A stretch of 64,000 nt of DNA from an uncultured Verrucomicrobiales bacterium (GTDB lineage: Bacteria; Verrucomicrobiota; Verrucomicrobiia; Verrucomicrobiales; Akkermansiaceae): the NCBI GenBank assembly GCA_963925135.1, contig CAWUTG010000045.1:1946-65945 (forward strand), read 5' to 3'. The notes beneath the pieces were generated by a model. It saw only the letters and a program-made list of their open reading frames with translations. It searched no databases and was not told the origin of the DNA. Position numbers and translations under genes: made by a program. Shown in pieces: positions 35,741-45,844 of the stretch; within the stretch, counting starts at the first letter, position 1, and every line of letters begins with the position of its first letter.

Positions 35741-38632
35741 ATGATTAGCGGGTTTAAATTCTGTGTGTGGATCGCTGTTTTTTGGGCAGCTGTGACGGGT
35801 GGAGTTGCGGGGCATGAGTTTACCCCGGAGGAAAAAGCGTGGTGGGCGGTGCAAGCAATTGCGGAGGTGGAGCTGCCGGACGGGGGCGGGAATCCGGTGG
35901 ATGGTTTTTTAAAACGCCAGCTAGCGGAGGCTGAATTGCAGATGGCACCAGTGGCTTCGGCAGAAGAGTTTGTGAGGCGGGCCTACTTTGATTTGATTGG
36001 ATTACCGCCTTCGGTTGAAATGGTCGGGGAGTTTGTGCAGGCGTGGAAGGTGGACGAAGATGCTGCGGTATCGGAGCTGGTTAATGGACTCCTGGCGAGT
36101 CCGCGTTATGGCGAGAGGTGGGCGACGCATTGGCTGGATGTGGTGCGCTTTTCCGAGAGTGATGGGTATCGCGAGGATGCCTTCCGTCCGACGGCGTATC
36201 TTTATCGGGACTATGTGGTGAAGGCTTTCAATGATGATAAGCCCTATGACGAGTTTGTGAGGGAGCAGTTGGCGGCTGATGAGATCACGCCGGATGATCC
36301 GGGCAGGGTGGCCGCAACGGGATTTTTGAGACACGGAGTTTACGAGTGGAATCAGCGAAATGCCGAGATGCAGCGTGAGTTGATGATCAACGAGATCACG
36401 AATGTCACAGGGGAAGTTTTCCTGGGAATTGGGATTGGCTGTGCGCAGTGCCATGATCACAAGTTTGATCCGATTTTGCAGAAGGACTATTTTGCGATGC
36501 AGGCATTCCTTTCTTCAACGACCTGGCCTGATGATCAATATCACGCGACGAAGGCAGAAATCTCGGCATACGAGGCGAAGCTCAAGCTCTGGGAGGATGC
36601 GACTGGGGAGGTCCGTGGCGAGATGGGGGAGTTGGTCGCAGAGAAGCAAGCCCAGGTGTATGAATCCCGGGTGAAGACCTTTCCTCCGGAAGTGCAGGAG
36701 ATGTTCCGAAAGCGCATAGCGGAACGGAGTTCTTATGAGGAGCAGATTTCGTTGATGGTCTCCAGGCAGGCCGAGCGTGAAGTCCGAGATCAAGGGGCAC
36801 CGGAGAAGATATTAAAGAAGGAGAGTCCGGAGCGGATTCGCTATGATGAATTGAAGGTGGAGTTGGCAAAGTTTGACGGATTAAAGCCGGCTCCTCTGAT
36901 CAGGGCATTCATCAGCACGGATACCGGAGGAACCCCCGCGGAGGTGACGATTCCCGGGGAACTGGATGAGGTGATCGAGCCGCAGTTTTTGGCATTGTTA
37001 GGCGCGGAACTCCCGAAGATCGCACGACGCGAGCGGACGACGGGGCGGCGCTCGGCCTTGGCGGAATGGATTGTGCGGGAGGACAACCCTCTGACGGCCC
37101 GGGTGATGGTGAATCGGATTTGGCAACATCATTTTGGAACGGGATTGGCCGCTTCGCCGAATGACTTTGGAATGTTGGGAGAGACTCCGAGCCATCCGGA
37201 GTTGTTAGATTGGCTGGCCGGGAAGTTTGTAAAAGGAGGTTGGTTGATGAAGCCGATGCATCGTTTGATGATGACCAGTCAGGCCTACCGTCAGACTGCG
37301 AGGTATGAACCGAGTGAACGTGAAAATTTGGAAGATCCATCGAACCGCCTTTTGTGGCGCTTCCCTCCGGGTCGCCTCTCGGCCGAGCAAGTGCGGGATG
37401 CCATGTTGTCGATTTCAGGTGAGTTGAAACATCGTGATGGAGGAACTTCGCAGGGTGACGATGCTCCGGTTCGATCGGTTTACGTGAAGAAGATGCGCAA
37501 CACCCCGAATGCGGTGTTGCAGTGTTTTGATGCACCCCTGGGATTTGCCTCGGAGCCATCGCGATTGAACACCACAACGGCGACGCAGTCGCTTCTACTG
37601 TCGAATAGCCCGTGGCCATTGGGTCGGGCGAGAGCGATGGCGAAGAGGTTGTTGGCTGGCAACGCCAAACCTTCGGCGAATGAAATTGAGCATGCTTATC
37701 GAATGGTCTGGGGACGCGCTCCCAGTCAGGAAGAGATTGATGCTGGAGTAGTGTTCATTGAGTCGCAATCAAAGTTGACTGGTGACGAGAAGGTCGAGAG
37801 GAAGCCGGCGCCAGTCTCCCGGCTCGTGCCTTTCGGCGAACAATTCAAAGGAGCCGAGACTTTTCTTCCCGAGGGTGCCCGATTAGCTTTGAAATTGCTA
37901 CCGGGTTCCGGCTTGGATCGATTGGCCTTGCCAATGGTGTCGTTGAGTGATGATCACTTCACGATTTCAGCCATCGTGAATCTTGAAGGGATTCATCCCG
38001 ATGGGCGGGTGAATACTCTCATTTCCCAATGGAATGGAGATCAGAAATCCCAAGGTTGGGCCATGGGGGTAACGAGTGCCAAGAGTCGATATCAGCCCCG
38101 GAATTTTATCGTGCAGTTGGTTGGGAATAACCCCGGTGGTGATGTGGTGTATGAGGTGGTGGCGTCCAATCTCAGGGTTCCCTTGAATCGTCCCGTTTTT
38201 TTAGCGGTGGTGATTGATCCGCGACCGAACGGAAAAGGAACAGTGAGCTTTTATTTGAAGGACTTGAGTGAGGGCGAGGCCCTGCTGGAATCAGCGGTGA
38301 TTGAACATAATATTGTGGGGTCGATTCTGAGTGATGATCTTCCCGTGATGGTTGGAGGGCGGGATAGTGGAAGCCCCCATCTTTGGCGGGGGCAGATTGC
38401 GAGGCTGGGTGTGATTCCCTCGGTGGTCCGATTGGATGAATTGTTCGCCTCGCCCCGTGAGGGAGCGTTGATCGATCTGGTATTTTCCGAATCGAAGGAC
38501 GGGGTGCCTTTTACCGGGGCGATCTGGCATGGTTCCGCAAAGAAGGAAGCGGAGGCCGATCTGTCTGTGGAGGCCTTTGCTGATTTTTGTCATGCCCTTC
38601 TGAGCTCCAACGAATTCCTCTACCTCCACTAA
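35741..38632 (+). CDS. DUF1549 (PSCyt2) / DUF1553 (PSD1) protein with C-terminal LamG-like domain
   Basis: YFDLIGLPPS, SPRYGERWATHWLDVVRFSESDGY and CAQCHDHKFDPILQKDYFAMQAF (DUF1549). RRSALAEWIVREDNPLTARVMVNRIWQHHFGTGL (DUF1553). C-terminal ~250 aa is LamG-like (HFTISAIVNLEG...LWRGQIARLGV). No N-terminal CxxCH (PSCyt1) domain. Confidence 0.85.
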   Translation: MISGFKFCVWIAVFWAAVTGGVAGHEFTPEEKAWWAVQAIAEVELPDGGGNPVDGFLKRQLAEAELQMAPVASAEEFVRRAYFDLIGLPPSVEMVGEFVQAWKVDEDAAVSELVNGLLASPRYGERWATHWLDVVRFSESDGYREDAFRPTAYLYRDYVVKAFNDDKPYDEFVREQLAADEITPDDPGRVAATGFLRHGVYEWNQRNAEMQRELMINEITNVTGEVFLGIGIGCAQCHDHKFDPILQKDYFAMQAFLSSTTWPDDQYHATKAEISAYEAKLKLWEDATGEVRGEMGELVAEKQAQVYESRVKTFPPEVQEMFRKRIAERSSYEEQISLMVSRQAEREVRDQGAPEKILKKESPERIRYDELKVELAKFDGLKPAPLIRAFISTDTGGTPAEVTIPGELDEVIEPQFLALLGAELPKIARRERTTGRRSALAEWIVREDNPLTARVMVNRIWQHHFGTGLAASPNDFGMLGETPSHPELLDWLAGKFVKGGWLMKPMHRLMMTSQAYRQTARYEPSERENLEDPSNRLLWRFPPGRLSAEQVRDAMLSISGELKHRDGGTSQGDDAPVRSVYVKKMRNTPNAVLQCFDAPLGFASEPSRLNTTTATQSLLLSNSPWPLGRARAMAKRLLAGNAKPSANEIEHAYRMVWGRAPSQEEIDAGVVFIESQSKLTGDEKVERKPAPVSRLVPFGEQFKGAETFLPEGARLALKLLPGSGLDRLALPMVSLSDDHFTISAIVNLEGIHPDGRVNTLISQWNGDQKSQGWAMGVTSAKSRYQPRNFIVQLVGNNPGGDVVYEVVASNLRVPLNRPVFLAVVIDPRPNGKGTVSFYLKDLSEGEALLESAVIEHNIVGSILSDDLPVMVGGRDSGSPHLWRGQIARLGVIPSVVRLDELFASPREGALIDLVFSESKDGVPFTGAIWHGSAKKEAEADLSVEAFADFCHALLSSNEFLYLH

Positions 38633-38638
38633 TTGATC

Positions 38639-40069
38639 ATGTCTTGCAATCGTATCGTAATGCCGCAGTCGCGTCGTGATTTTCTGATGAATGCGGGTGC
38701 TGGATTTGGGGGAGTCGTGCTGTCTGCTTTGACCGGGCAGCGGCTCTATGGCGCCAATTTGGGAACAAGGAATCCGGCGGCGGAGAAAATTCCGCATCAT
38801 TTAGGGAAGGCTAAGAATGTCATTTTCCTCTTTATGGAAGGGGGGCCGAGTCATCTCGATCTTTTCGACCCGAAGCCTCTCTTGAATCAGTTGGCGGGAA
38901 AGCCGTTACCCAAGAGTTTTAAGCGTCCGGTAACGGCGATGGGTGAGTCTGAATCTGCGCTGTTAGCGTCGAAGCGTCAGTGGGCACAGCATGGTGAAAG
39001 CGGGCTGTGGATTTCTGATTGGCTGCCGAAACACGCGGAGATTGCTGATGATTTGTGTGTCATTCGTTCGTGCGTTTCGGATGGGATCAATCACGCGGGT
39101 GGAGTGTCGCAGATGAATACGGGTTCGGTCTTTGGAGGAAGACCTTCATTGGGAGCTTGGGTCAACTACGGTCTCGGATCAGTGAGTGAGAATCTTCCGG
39201 CGTTCGTAGTGGTGAAGGATAGTAATGCCATGGTGGTGAACGGAACCCGTTGTTGGGGATCTGGTTTCATGCCGGCGAGCTATCAGGGAACGCTTTTCCA
39301 GTCGGGCAAGGAGCCCATTGCGAATCTCAATCTTCCTAAAGGGATGTCCCGCACCCGGCAGAGTCAGAAGCTGGGGTTTCTTGACGAACTGAACCAGGCT
39401 CATCTTACTGGACGGGAGTCGAACACGGAGCTTGAAGCGCGAATTCAGAGTTATGAGTTGGCCTACCGAATGCAGGCGGAGGCGCCGGAGGCGATTGATT
39501 TAGAAAGTGAATCCGAAGCAACGAAGAAGCTCTACGGGCTCGATCAGGAGGACACCCGGGTATACGGACGACAGTGTTTGATGGCGCGCCGGATGGTCGA
39601 GCGGGGCGTGCGATTCGTGCAGCTCTATCATGGCGCGGGGAGCAAGTGGGACAGCCATAGTGGCATGGAGGGGAATCACAGTCGCCTTTGTGGGAATGTT
39701 GATCAGCCAATTGTGGGACTGCTTAAGGATTTGAAGCAGCGAGGGCTGTTAGACGAGACGTTGGTCATTTGGGGCGGGGAGTTTGGACGGACTCCGATGA
39801 GTGAAAAGGGGGACGGGCGTGACCATAACCCAACGGGTTTCACGATGTGGATGGCCGGTGGTGGCGTGAAGGGAGGGCAAACGATCGGGTCGACCGATGA
39901 GCTGGGACTTTATGCGACCGAGGACAAGCTACACGTGCATGACCTGCATGCGACGGTGCTAGACCTGCTCGGGCTGGATCACACAAAGGTGGTATACATG
40001 CACAAGGGGCGACCGGAGCGGGTGGATCTGAATGAGGGGGAGAGTATTGGGGGCGAAATTCTGGGCTAA
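38639..40069 (+). CDS. DUF1501 family protein (sulfatase-like fold, Tat signal)
   Basis: ORF from TTG 38633. The preferred start is ATG 38639, 7 nt after the upstream TAA. Tat motif SRRDFLMNAGAGFGG. FLFMEGGPSHLDLFDPKP and GRDHNPTGFTMWMAGGGVKGGQTIGSTDE are family hallmarks. Confidence 0.85.
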   Translation: MSCNRIVMPQSRRDFLMNAGAGFGGVVLSALTGQRLYGANLGTRNPAAEKIPHHLGKAKNVIFLFMEGGPSHLDLFDPKPLLNQLAGKPLPKSFKRPVTAMGESESALLASKRQWAQHGESGLWISDWLPKHAEIADDLCVIRSCVSDGINHAGGVSQMNTGSVFGGRPSLGAWVNYGLGSVSENLPAFVVVKDSNAMVVNGTRCWGSGFMPASYQGTLFQSGKEPIANLNLPKGMSRTRQSQKLGFLDELNQAHLTGRESNTELEARIQSYELAYRMQAEAPEAIDLESESEATKKLYGLDQEDTRVYGRQCLMARRMVERGVRFVQLYHGAGSKWDSHSGMEGNHSRLCGNVDQPIVGLLKDLKQRGLLDETLVIWGGEFGRTPMSEKGDGRDHNPTGFTMWMAGGGVKGGQTIGSTDELGLYATEDKLHVHDLHATVLDLLGLDHTKVVYMHKGRPERVDLNEGESIGGEILG

Positions 40070-40078
40070 CTCTTAGAG

Positions 40079-42019
40079 TTACTTTTTAGCGGCGTTCGGG
40101 GGGCAGAGGAGGACGGACCAGACGCAGTGGGTGGGCCCGTTTTCGATGCGGACGAGTAGGGTGTTGTCGCCTCTTCGCATGTTGACGCGCCGATAGCCCT
40201 CACCGAGGGACCAAGATGACTGACCGGTGTCTTGCCAGATGATCTGGTCGTTGAGCCACATCCCTGCGGCGTCGTCACTGGCGACGGCAATGAGCATTTC
40301 GCGAGCTTCCTCGAACCAGAGTTCAGTGTAGGCATAGTAACATGCCGCGCCGTAAACTCGGGGTGGCTGGCCGCGGACGGAGTCGCTTTGGTAGAACTCC
40401 CATTTAAGAACCTGGTCAGGATGTCCTTCCTTGGCGGCGTATTTTCCGTCGAAGGAGCGGGCGTCGTAGTCGATCTCGTATTCGGGTGGGTGGGAGATTT
40501 CGAAATTGACCTTCGATTCGTTCTCCCAAGGGCCGATGACATACCAGGTGTCAATGTAGAGCCATCCGCGGCGGGCACTTTCTTCGGTAAATGGGCGTCC
40601 CGGGAGGGCCTTTGCGATGATGTCGTGCTCGTTGAGGCGGATGGCCTCCTGCTTTTCGCCGGCAGCCATGGCGGCTCCTTCGCCGGTGAGATTGGCTCGG
40701 AGTCCCGTGGCGTCGCCATCGCTCTCACCAAGCCCGAAGGGGGTCATGTTGACAACAGCTCTGTAACGATCGGTGGAAGAAGCGAGACGCTGGCGAGCGG
40801 CAAAGGAAGCGAATTGGCTGGAATTCTTCATCGCGGAGTTGGCGAGTGACCGGTCGTTTGCGCCGCTGAGCATGCTCTGGGCACGGGCTGCCATATCATG
40901 GGCTTCGTTGGAGGCCCTTTGGAGGTTGTCGCGCAATTCATTGAGTTCTCCGACGGTTGCGGGGGGGGATGATCCGTCTCCCAGTTTTTCGGCGAGGTCG
41001 GGCCGGTTTGGGGTTGCCCTGTGGGTTGTGTCGCGGGCGTCGGAGAAAGAGGAGTTCTCAGTAGCGGCTTTTTTGGCGGCAGAGATATCGGCGTAAGCTT
41101 CGGCGATCTGTTGCTCGACCTCGCGTGCTTCCTGATAGAGTTTGGCGGGTGTGGAAGGGGCTGGACCCTGGGCGATTTCCATCTTGTCAGCGACGGATGT
41201 TGAGGTGTCGTTCATCGCAGCGACGTCGGTTTTTTCGGCGAGGCCTTCGATCGTTTCTTCCATTTTGGCGATGGCATCCTTGGCCTTGGTGATATCGTGG
41301 CGGACGTCGTGCTGGGTGGGATGTTCCTCCATGCGCTGGTCAAGCTTGTCATCGAGTGCCGTGAGTTCCAGTTGGTAAACTTCGGAGTTTTCGGGGGTGG
41401 GGTGATCGCTTTCGATCTCGTTCTGCAGGGCCTCCGCCATTTCTTGTGAAGTGCCATCAAGGGTCGTGCTTTCGGTGGGGAAGCCTTCGGCAAGCGCGGA
41501 ATTCGGGGCGGTGACATCTTTGCCATTAATACAAATCCGGGCCCAGTCTTCCTTGCGATTGATCACGAGGGCAAGTTCATGCCATTGGTCGAAAGTGAGC
41601 GACTCCGGAATGCTGCGGGTTTCGAGCGCCTTTTCTGCTCCCGTAGTTTGGAGAACGATGGTGCCGGCTTTTGCATTAGCAGGAGTCGGTTCGACGAAAA
41701 CGCGGAAGCTCTTGTTATATTCGTCAGAGTGGTTGTTGGCGAGGATGGTCTGGTGCTTTTAGGCGTCACCTCCGGTTTTCACCTGCAGTTTGAATCGGGT
41801 GACGAGGGTGAAGTTTTGCTCGACCTTGAAGGGCCAGAATTCGATGCGGGCATTGTGGCCGAAACTTTGGAAGGCCCCGCCTGAGCTCTGGGGAAGGTCG
41901 ATCAACTGGGCCCCAAGATGGAGCTCGCCGGTTCGGTTGGTGATGCGATCTGTGGCGTTGCCATCAAAGTCAAAATGATGTCCTGGCGGGTGCGTTTCTT
42001 GAGTTCGCGGGAGTGACAA
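40079..42019 (-). pseudogene. LamG-like + Ser/Ala-rich coiled-coil + C-terminal jelly-roll protein, interrupted by one in-frame TAA
   Basis: ORFs 41759-42019 and 40079-41566 are in the same frame. No other stop lies between them. The apparent start of the second ORF is an internal GTG (ALVINRK). Read-through sequence: ...FTLVTRFKLQVKTGGDA*KHQTILANNHSDEYNKSFRVFVEP...FDQWHELALVINRKEDWARICINGKDV, which is one continuous LamG-like domain. The C-terminus (WYVIGPWENE...WLNDQIIWQD...GDNTLLVRIEN) is galactose-binding-like. Confidence 0.6.
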
Positions 42020-42031
42020 CGGGCTCTGCTG

Positions 42032-44275
42032 TTAGTCCTCGAGAAGTTTGACTGCGAGGCGCTTCACCGTGGCGACATCTACCAGGAAGTAATTTGGGTC
42101 GAGCGAAGTGCTTCCGTAGTAAAGTTGGTTGGGAACGTTGGGGACGATCTGAGAAAGTTTGAGGACGTGGGGGATAAGGCCGATACGTTCGCCATCATCG
42201 TCAATTTCTTCGATGAGAACTGAGATCTCGAGGGTGGAAGATTGCAGGCGATGGGCCGCGCTTTCAGAGTCGGGTCCGAGCCAGTGGTGAACCTGAATAT
42301 CGGATAGCTTTTTGAGGAGTTTTTCCGCCTTGTGAGGATTCAGAAGGGCGGTGACATCGTTACCCTCTGTGGTGGCTCTCCAGATCTGGGTGTAGAAGTT
42401 GTATTCGAGCTCTAATGCGGGGGCGTCCTGGCGCTTGATCGTGAGTCCCTTGATGTCGAAGCGGTTGACGTTCCAAAGGCGACTGGTTCGCCAGCGGAAG
42501 GGTTGGAGCTCTATTTTAGCAATGCTGTCACCTTTGATTTCAATGACGTGAGGAGTGTTCTTGCCATCATCATCGAGGCGGTTGGCGTAGTAATGGCGGG
42601 TCGGGCTCTGGGCGACATGAATTTCAAGGGTGCCATTGGAATACGGGACGGTCACTTTGGTCGGCTTATCCAACCCGAGGAGAGAGAGGTTTTGCTGGCT
42701 GACTTGATTTGCTTCGGCGGCAGGGAGAATGGTCAATTCGCGATGTTCCTTGCCGGTCAAGGCCGCATCGTAAGCGGCTTTTGAAATCTCAAGTGGTCGC
42801 CCGCCGTCTGCCCGTTTCGCGTAGTAGTGGGGAAGGAGCTGTTCTCCGACGACGAAGTTGGCGGTGCTTTCGTCGTTCAGCGTGACCTTGATTTGACGCA
42901 GGGGTTGGTCGAAGCCATATTTTTTGGGGTCGGTGGCAGCGTCATTGGTAAAGCCAACAACTTCATCTTTAATGAGGCCTTCAAAGAGGGCGGCCGTCTG
43001 GGGTTCACTGGCGGGTCCACGATATTGTTCGAGGAAGGCTCCGCCGGTCCCTTGATATTGGCCCGCAACGGTGTGCCAACGTTGGGCCCGTTCGTGGGGG
43101 TCAAATTCAAGCGCGAGTTTGACATTACGACCTTCCGGGCCTCCAATTTCGATGGCCTTGATTTGCCTCACAGAAAGAGAGGAAAGAGTGCGGCTGCGAA
43201 GAGAATTCACCGTGCGGGGAAGGCTGGCGAGAGTGGATCCGGCGATACGGGGAACCATGAGAATGGCGGGGCGCTTTTCAGAGCCCTCGGTGACGACAAC
43301 GCGAACGTCCGTTGATTGTTCTGCCTCCGGCGGATAAAAATTGGCGGTGACTGGCTCGCTCAGAATGCCGTCGATCAAATATCGAATCGTGATCGAGTGA
43401 TCGATGTTTTCGGGAAGGGGTTCGGGAAGGGCAACCGCTGATTCGTCGAGAACGTGGTGGGCCTGAAGCTGCGCCAACCCGACGATGAGTTTGTTGAGAT
43501 TATCAGGATTGGTTGCGAGCTCGAAGGGTTTTTGGATCTTCCAGGGAGTTGATTTCTTAAGGTCAGCGCGCTTAAGGGTGATCTCGGAATTTTTTTCCTT
43601 AAGGGTGATCTCGGAGGCGAAAAGCGGCGTGTTGTAGAAGACCTGGTGGCCGCGGAAAAGACGTAAGCCTTCGGCAAATAGGGAGCGAATGCCGACCTGC
43701 CGGATATTCGGATCGACGATGTCGGTGCAGACGTAGAGGTATCCTTCCATGTCCTTTTCAAAGGGGCGGATGATGAGGGTGGGGAAACTGCTGGGCTTCT
43801 CACCGGGTTTGACTTCTTCGGTGGGATCAAATCCTCGCCAGGCGGTGTTCCGACCAATTTTAAAGTGGCAGAGCGGGGATCCGTTTTTGTCGAAGAGTTC
43901 GACCTCAATTCGTGTTTTCTTGAGGCCGTAATCAGCGAGGTCTTTTACCTCATCGCGTTCGATGACGTCTTCGATTTGGAGGCGGGCGGCGAAGTCGATG
44001 AGGGACTTGACGGTGCGGGCGTCCGCGTAGTCGTCCCATGGTTCGTCGAGCTTCCAGGCTCCACCTGTTTTGACGAGAACACCGCGGGTGCCATCATGGT
44101 TGAGGATGTGGATGCGCTCGACATCGCCGGGATTGAAGGTGTAAACCATCTCGCCGACTTTTTTTGAAGGTGCTCCAAAAATAAAATCGAGGTTCCCGGT
44201 GAGTTGCTGCATCACGACGAGACCTCCGAGGAAGAGGGCGATAATGGTGATAAAGATGGTGGGAAGGATTCGCAT
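42032..44275 (-). CDS. DUF4340-like N-terminally anchored protein (partner of GldG-type ABC auxiliary proteins)
   Basis: N-terminal TM helix MRILPTIFITIIALFLGGLVVMQ. 747 aa of repeated beta-rich modules. Located immediately downstream of a GldG-like gene, the usual context of DUF4340. The family call is by context and general resemblance. Confidence 0.65.
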   Translation of the reverse strand: MRILPTIFITIIALFLGGLVVMQQLTGNLDFIFGAPSKKVGEMVYTFNPGDVERIHILNHDGTRGVLVKTGGAWKLDEPWDDYADARTVKSLIDFAARLQIEDVIERDEVKDLADYGLKKTRIEVELFDKNGSPLCHFKIGRNTAWRGFDPTEEVKPGEKPSSFPTLIIRPFEKDMEGYLYVCTDIVDPNIRQVGIRSLFAEGLRLFRGHQVFYNTPLFASEITLKEKNSEITLKRADLKKSTPWKIQKPFELATNPDNLNKLIVGLAQLQAHHVLDESAVALPEPLPENIDHSITIRYLIDGILSEPVTANFYPPEAEQSTDVRVVVTEGSEKRPAILMVPRIAGSTLASLPRTVNSLRSRTLSSLSVRQIKAIEIGGPEGRNVKLALEFDPHERAQRWHTVAGQYQGTGGAFLEQYRGPASEPQTAALFEGLIKDEVVGFTNDAATDPKKYGFDQPLRQIKVTLNDESTANFVVGEQLLPHYYAKRADGGRPLEISKAAYDAALTGKEHRELTILPAAEANQVSQQNLSLLGLDKPTKVTVPYSNGTLEIHVAQSPTRHYYANRLDDDGKNTPHVIEIKGDSIAKIELQPFRWRTSRLWNVNRFDIKGLTIKRQDAPALELEYNFYTQIWRATTEGNDVTALLNPHKAEKLLKKLSDIQVHHWLGPDSESAAHRLQSSTLEISVLIEEIDDDGERIGLIPHVLKLSQIVPNVPNQLYYGSTSLDPNYFLVDVATVKRLAVKLLED
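43571..43615 (-). repeat. 18-nt direct repeat with 27-nt (9-codon) period inside the DUF4340-like gene
   Basis: cttaagggtgatctcgga occurs at 43571-43588 and again at 43598-43615. It encodes SEITLK twice (FASEITLKEKNSEITLKRAD). Confidence 0.85.
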
Positions 44276-44287
44276 CGCGGGTAGTCT

Positions 44288-45841
44288 CTATGCTCGTCTG
44301 GTGTTCCAGACGATGGTGGCCATCATGAAGAGTCCGGCCGGGATGAAGAAGAGGACGATCCGGTTCAACTGGGAGACTTCGGTCTTGATGAGGTTAAGCT
44401 TACGACGCTCCAGAGCCCGGGGCCCGATGCCCATGAGTTCCTCCCGGCCCAGGAGCCAGTGGGTGGAGTTTTTCACAAAGTCGAGTTGTTCGTTGCCCAG
44501 GCGCTTTGGGTCCAGGAAATCGCTGGTCGAGAGAATAATCATTTTGGAGACTTTTCCCGAGGTGTTGTCGGCGCGGGCATTTCCCTTAATGACGGCAGCT
44601 CCGATGGAGAGAGGCCCGGTTTCGTCGGCATCATCATCGTAGGTTGGATTGGCGGTTTTGTAGTCGGTCTCTCCCCAGAATCCGGGGGCGCTTTCGATGA
44701 GGCTAAAGCATTGGATGCCGTTGCTTACGAGGTCTTCTGCCCCTTCACGGACTTCGAGACTACCGATGCGACCTTCGAAGGGTATCGATTTTCCTTCGAG
44801 GCTGCTATTGATTTCGGTGCCGCTGGTGAAGGTGGCTAGGACCTGGGTTTCGGTGCGGCCGTTGCGGGTGCGGATGATGCGGTCGTCGCGAGGCGAGACA
44901 CCGTGCTTGCGGAAGAATGCGCGGAGGTTCACCGGGCGTGAACTGGGATCAAGATAGGCAATGATGGCTGAGGCGGGGCGGTCCCAGTATTCTTCGAGAA
45001 CTTTAATTTCCCGGGGTTCAAAGTCATACTTGGGCGCCACAATGACAACGCCCTCGGCATTGACCGGGATGCTCTCCTGTTGGGAGATTTTGAGCGGAAT
45101 GAGGACGATATTTTGTCGCTGCAGAGCTTCGGTGAGAACGAGCCAGGGGGAGTTGGAGGCACCCACTTCGATATCGCTCTTGTCCTCGATGAGATACATG
45201 ACACGGGGGCGGCCTTCGATGGCTGATTGGAGGGTGGAACTGATGAGATCCTCATCTTGATAGCCCACGAGGCGACGTTGCTTGTTCGCGTCGGTTCGCT
45301 TGACGAGGAGGTCCTGGGCACGGAGGTAACGGAGGTGGCTGTTGATGGCCTCAATCTTTCCTTCCTCGGTGGTGTGCACGCCGCTGCGGGCATCGATGAT
45401 GAGGAGATCATCGTCGAAAAGCTTATCGGCGAGGAGGTCACCGTAGTTATTTTCCACTTCGAGGGCGCGGTCGCCATCGCGGATAGGGTCGAGGAAGTCG
45501 ACCTTGAGCTGGCCTTTCGAAAGTCGTTCATATTCCTCAATAATGGGCCGAAGGCGCGAATAATGAGGCGAGGATTTCCGGAGGGCGGCAATGAGGTTGA
45601 CGGGTTCGTCGCGCGCTTGCATCACCTCGGAGTTGAGGAGATTTTGCGTGGTTTCGGAGAGGGTGAAGACACCTCCTTTAGTGAGATCCCGGCGATCATA
45701 ATGAGAGATCGCGAGGTAGCAGATAAAGATCAGGGAAACGAAGGCCAGGATGATCTGAACGACGGCACGCAGGCCGATGCCCAGTCGTTTGATGGGACGG
45801 GGAGGAGGGCCCATGTTGATATTGGAATCGGAATCTGACAT
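44288..45841 (-). CDS. GldG-like ABC-transporter auxiliary protein (ABC_transp_aux)
   Basis: N-terminal TM (VVQIILAFVSLIFICYLAI) and C-terminal TM (IVLFFIPAGLFMMATIVW) flank a large periplasmic region. Sits directly after an ABC-2 permease, the architecture of GldG-family proteins. Confidence 0.7.
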   Translation of the reverse strand: MSDSDSNINMGPPPRPIKRLGIGLRAVVQIILAFVSLIFICYLAISHYDRRDLTKGGVFTLSETTQNLLNSEVMQARDEPVNLIAALRKSSPHYSRLRPIIEEYERLSKGQLKVDFLDPIRDGDRALEVENNYGDLLADKLFDDDLLIIDARSGVHTTEEGKIEAINSHLRYLRAQDLLVKRTDANKQRRLVGYQDEDLISSTLQSAIEGRPRVMYLIEDKSDIEVGASNSPWLVLTEALQRQNIVLIPLKISQQESIPVNAEGVVIVAPKYDFEPREIKVLEEYWDRPASAIIAYLDPSSRPVNLRAFFRKHGVSPRDDRIIRTRNGRTETQVLATFTSGTEINSSLEGKSIPFEGRIGSLEVREGAEDLVSNGIQCFSLIESAPGFWGETDYKTANPTYDDDADETGPLSIGAAVIKGNARADNTSGKVSKMIILSTSDFLDPKRLGNEQLDFVKNSTHWLLGREELMGIGPRALERRKLNLIKTEVSQLNRIVLFFIPAGLFMMATIVWNTRRA

Positions 45842-45844
45842 GGC

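Noticed and set aside
41759-41761. Possibility that the in-frame TAA reflects stop-codon reassignment or Sec/Pyl-type recoding.
   Set aside because: TAA terminates other confident genes in the window (for example 38630-38632 and 14961-14963). Sec uses TGA and Pyl uses TAG. No SECIS- or PYLIS-like context is expected for TAA.
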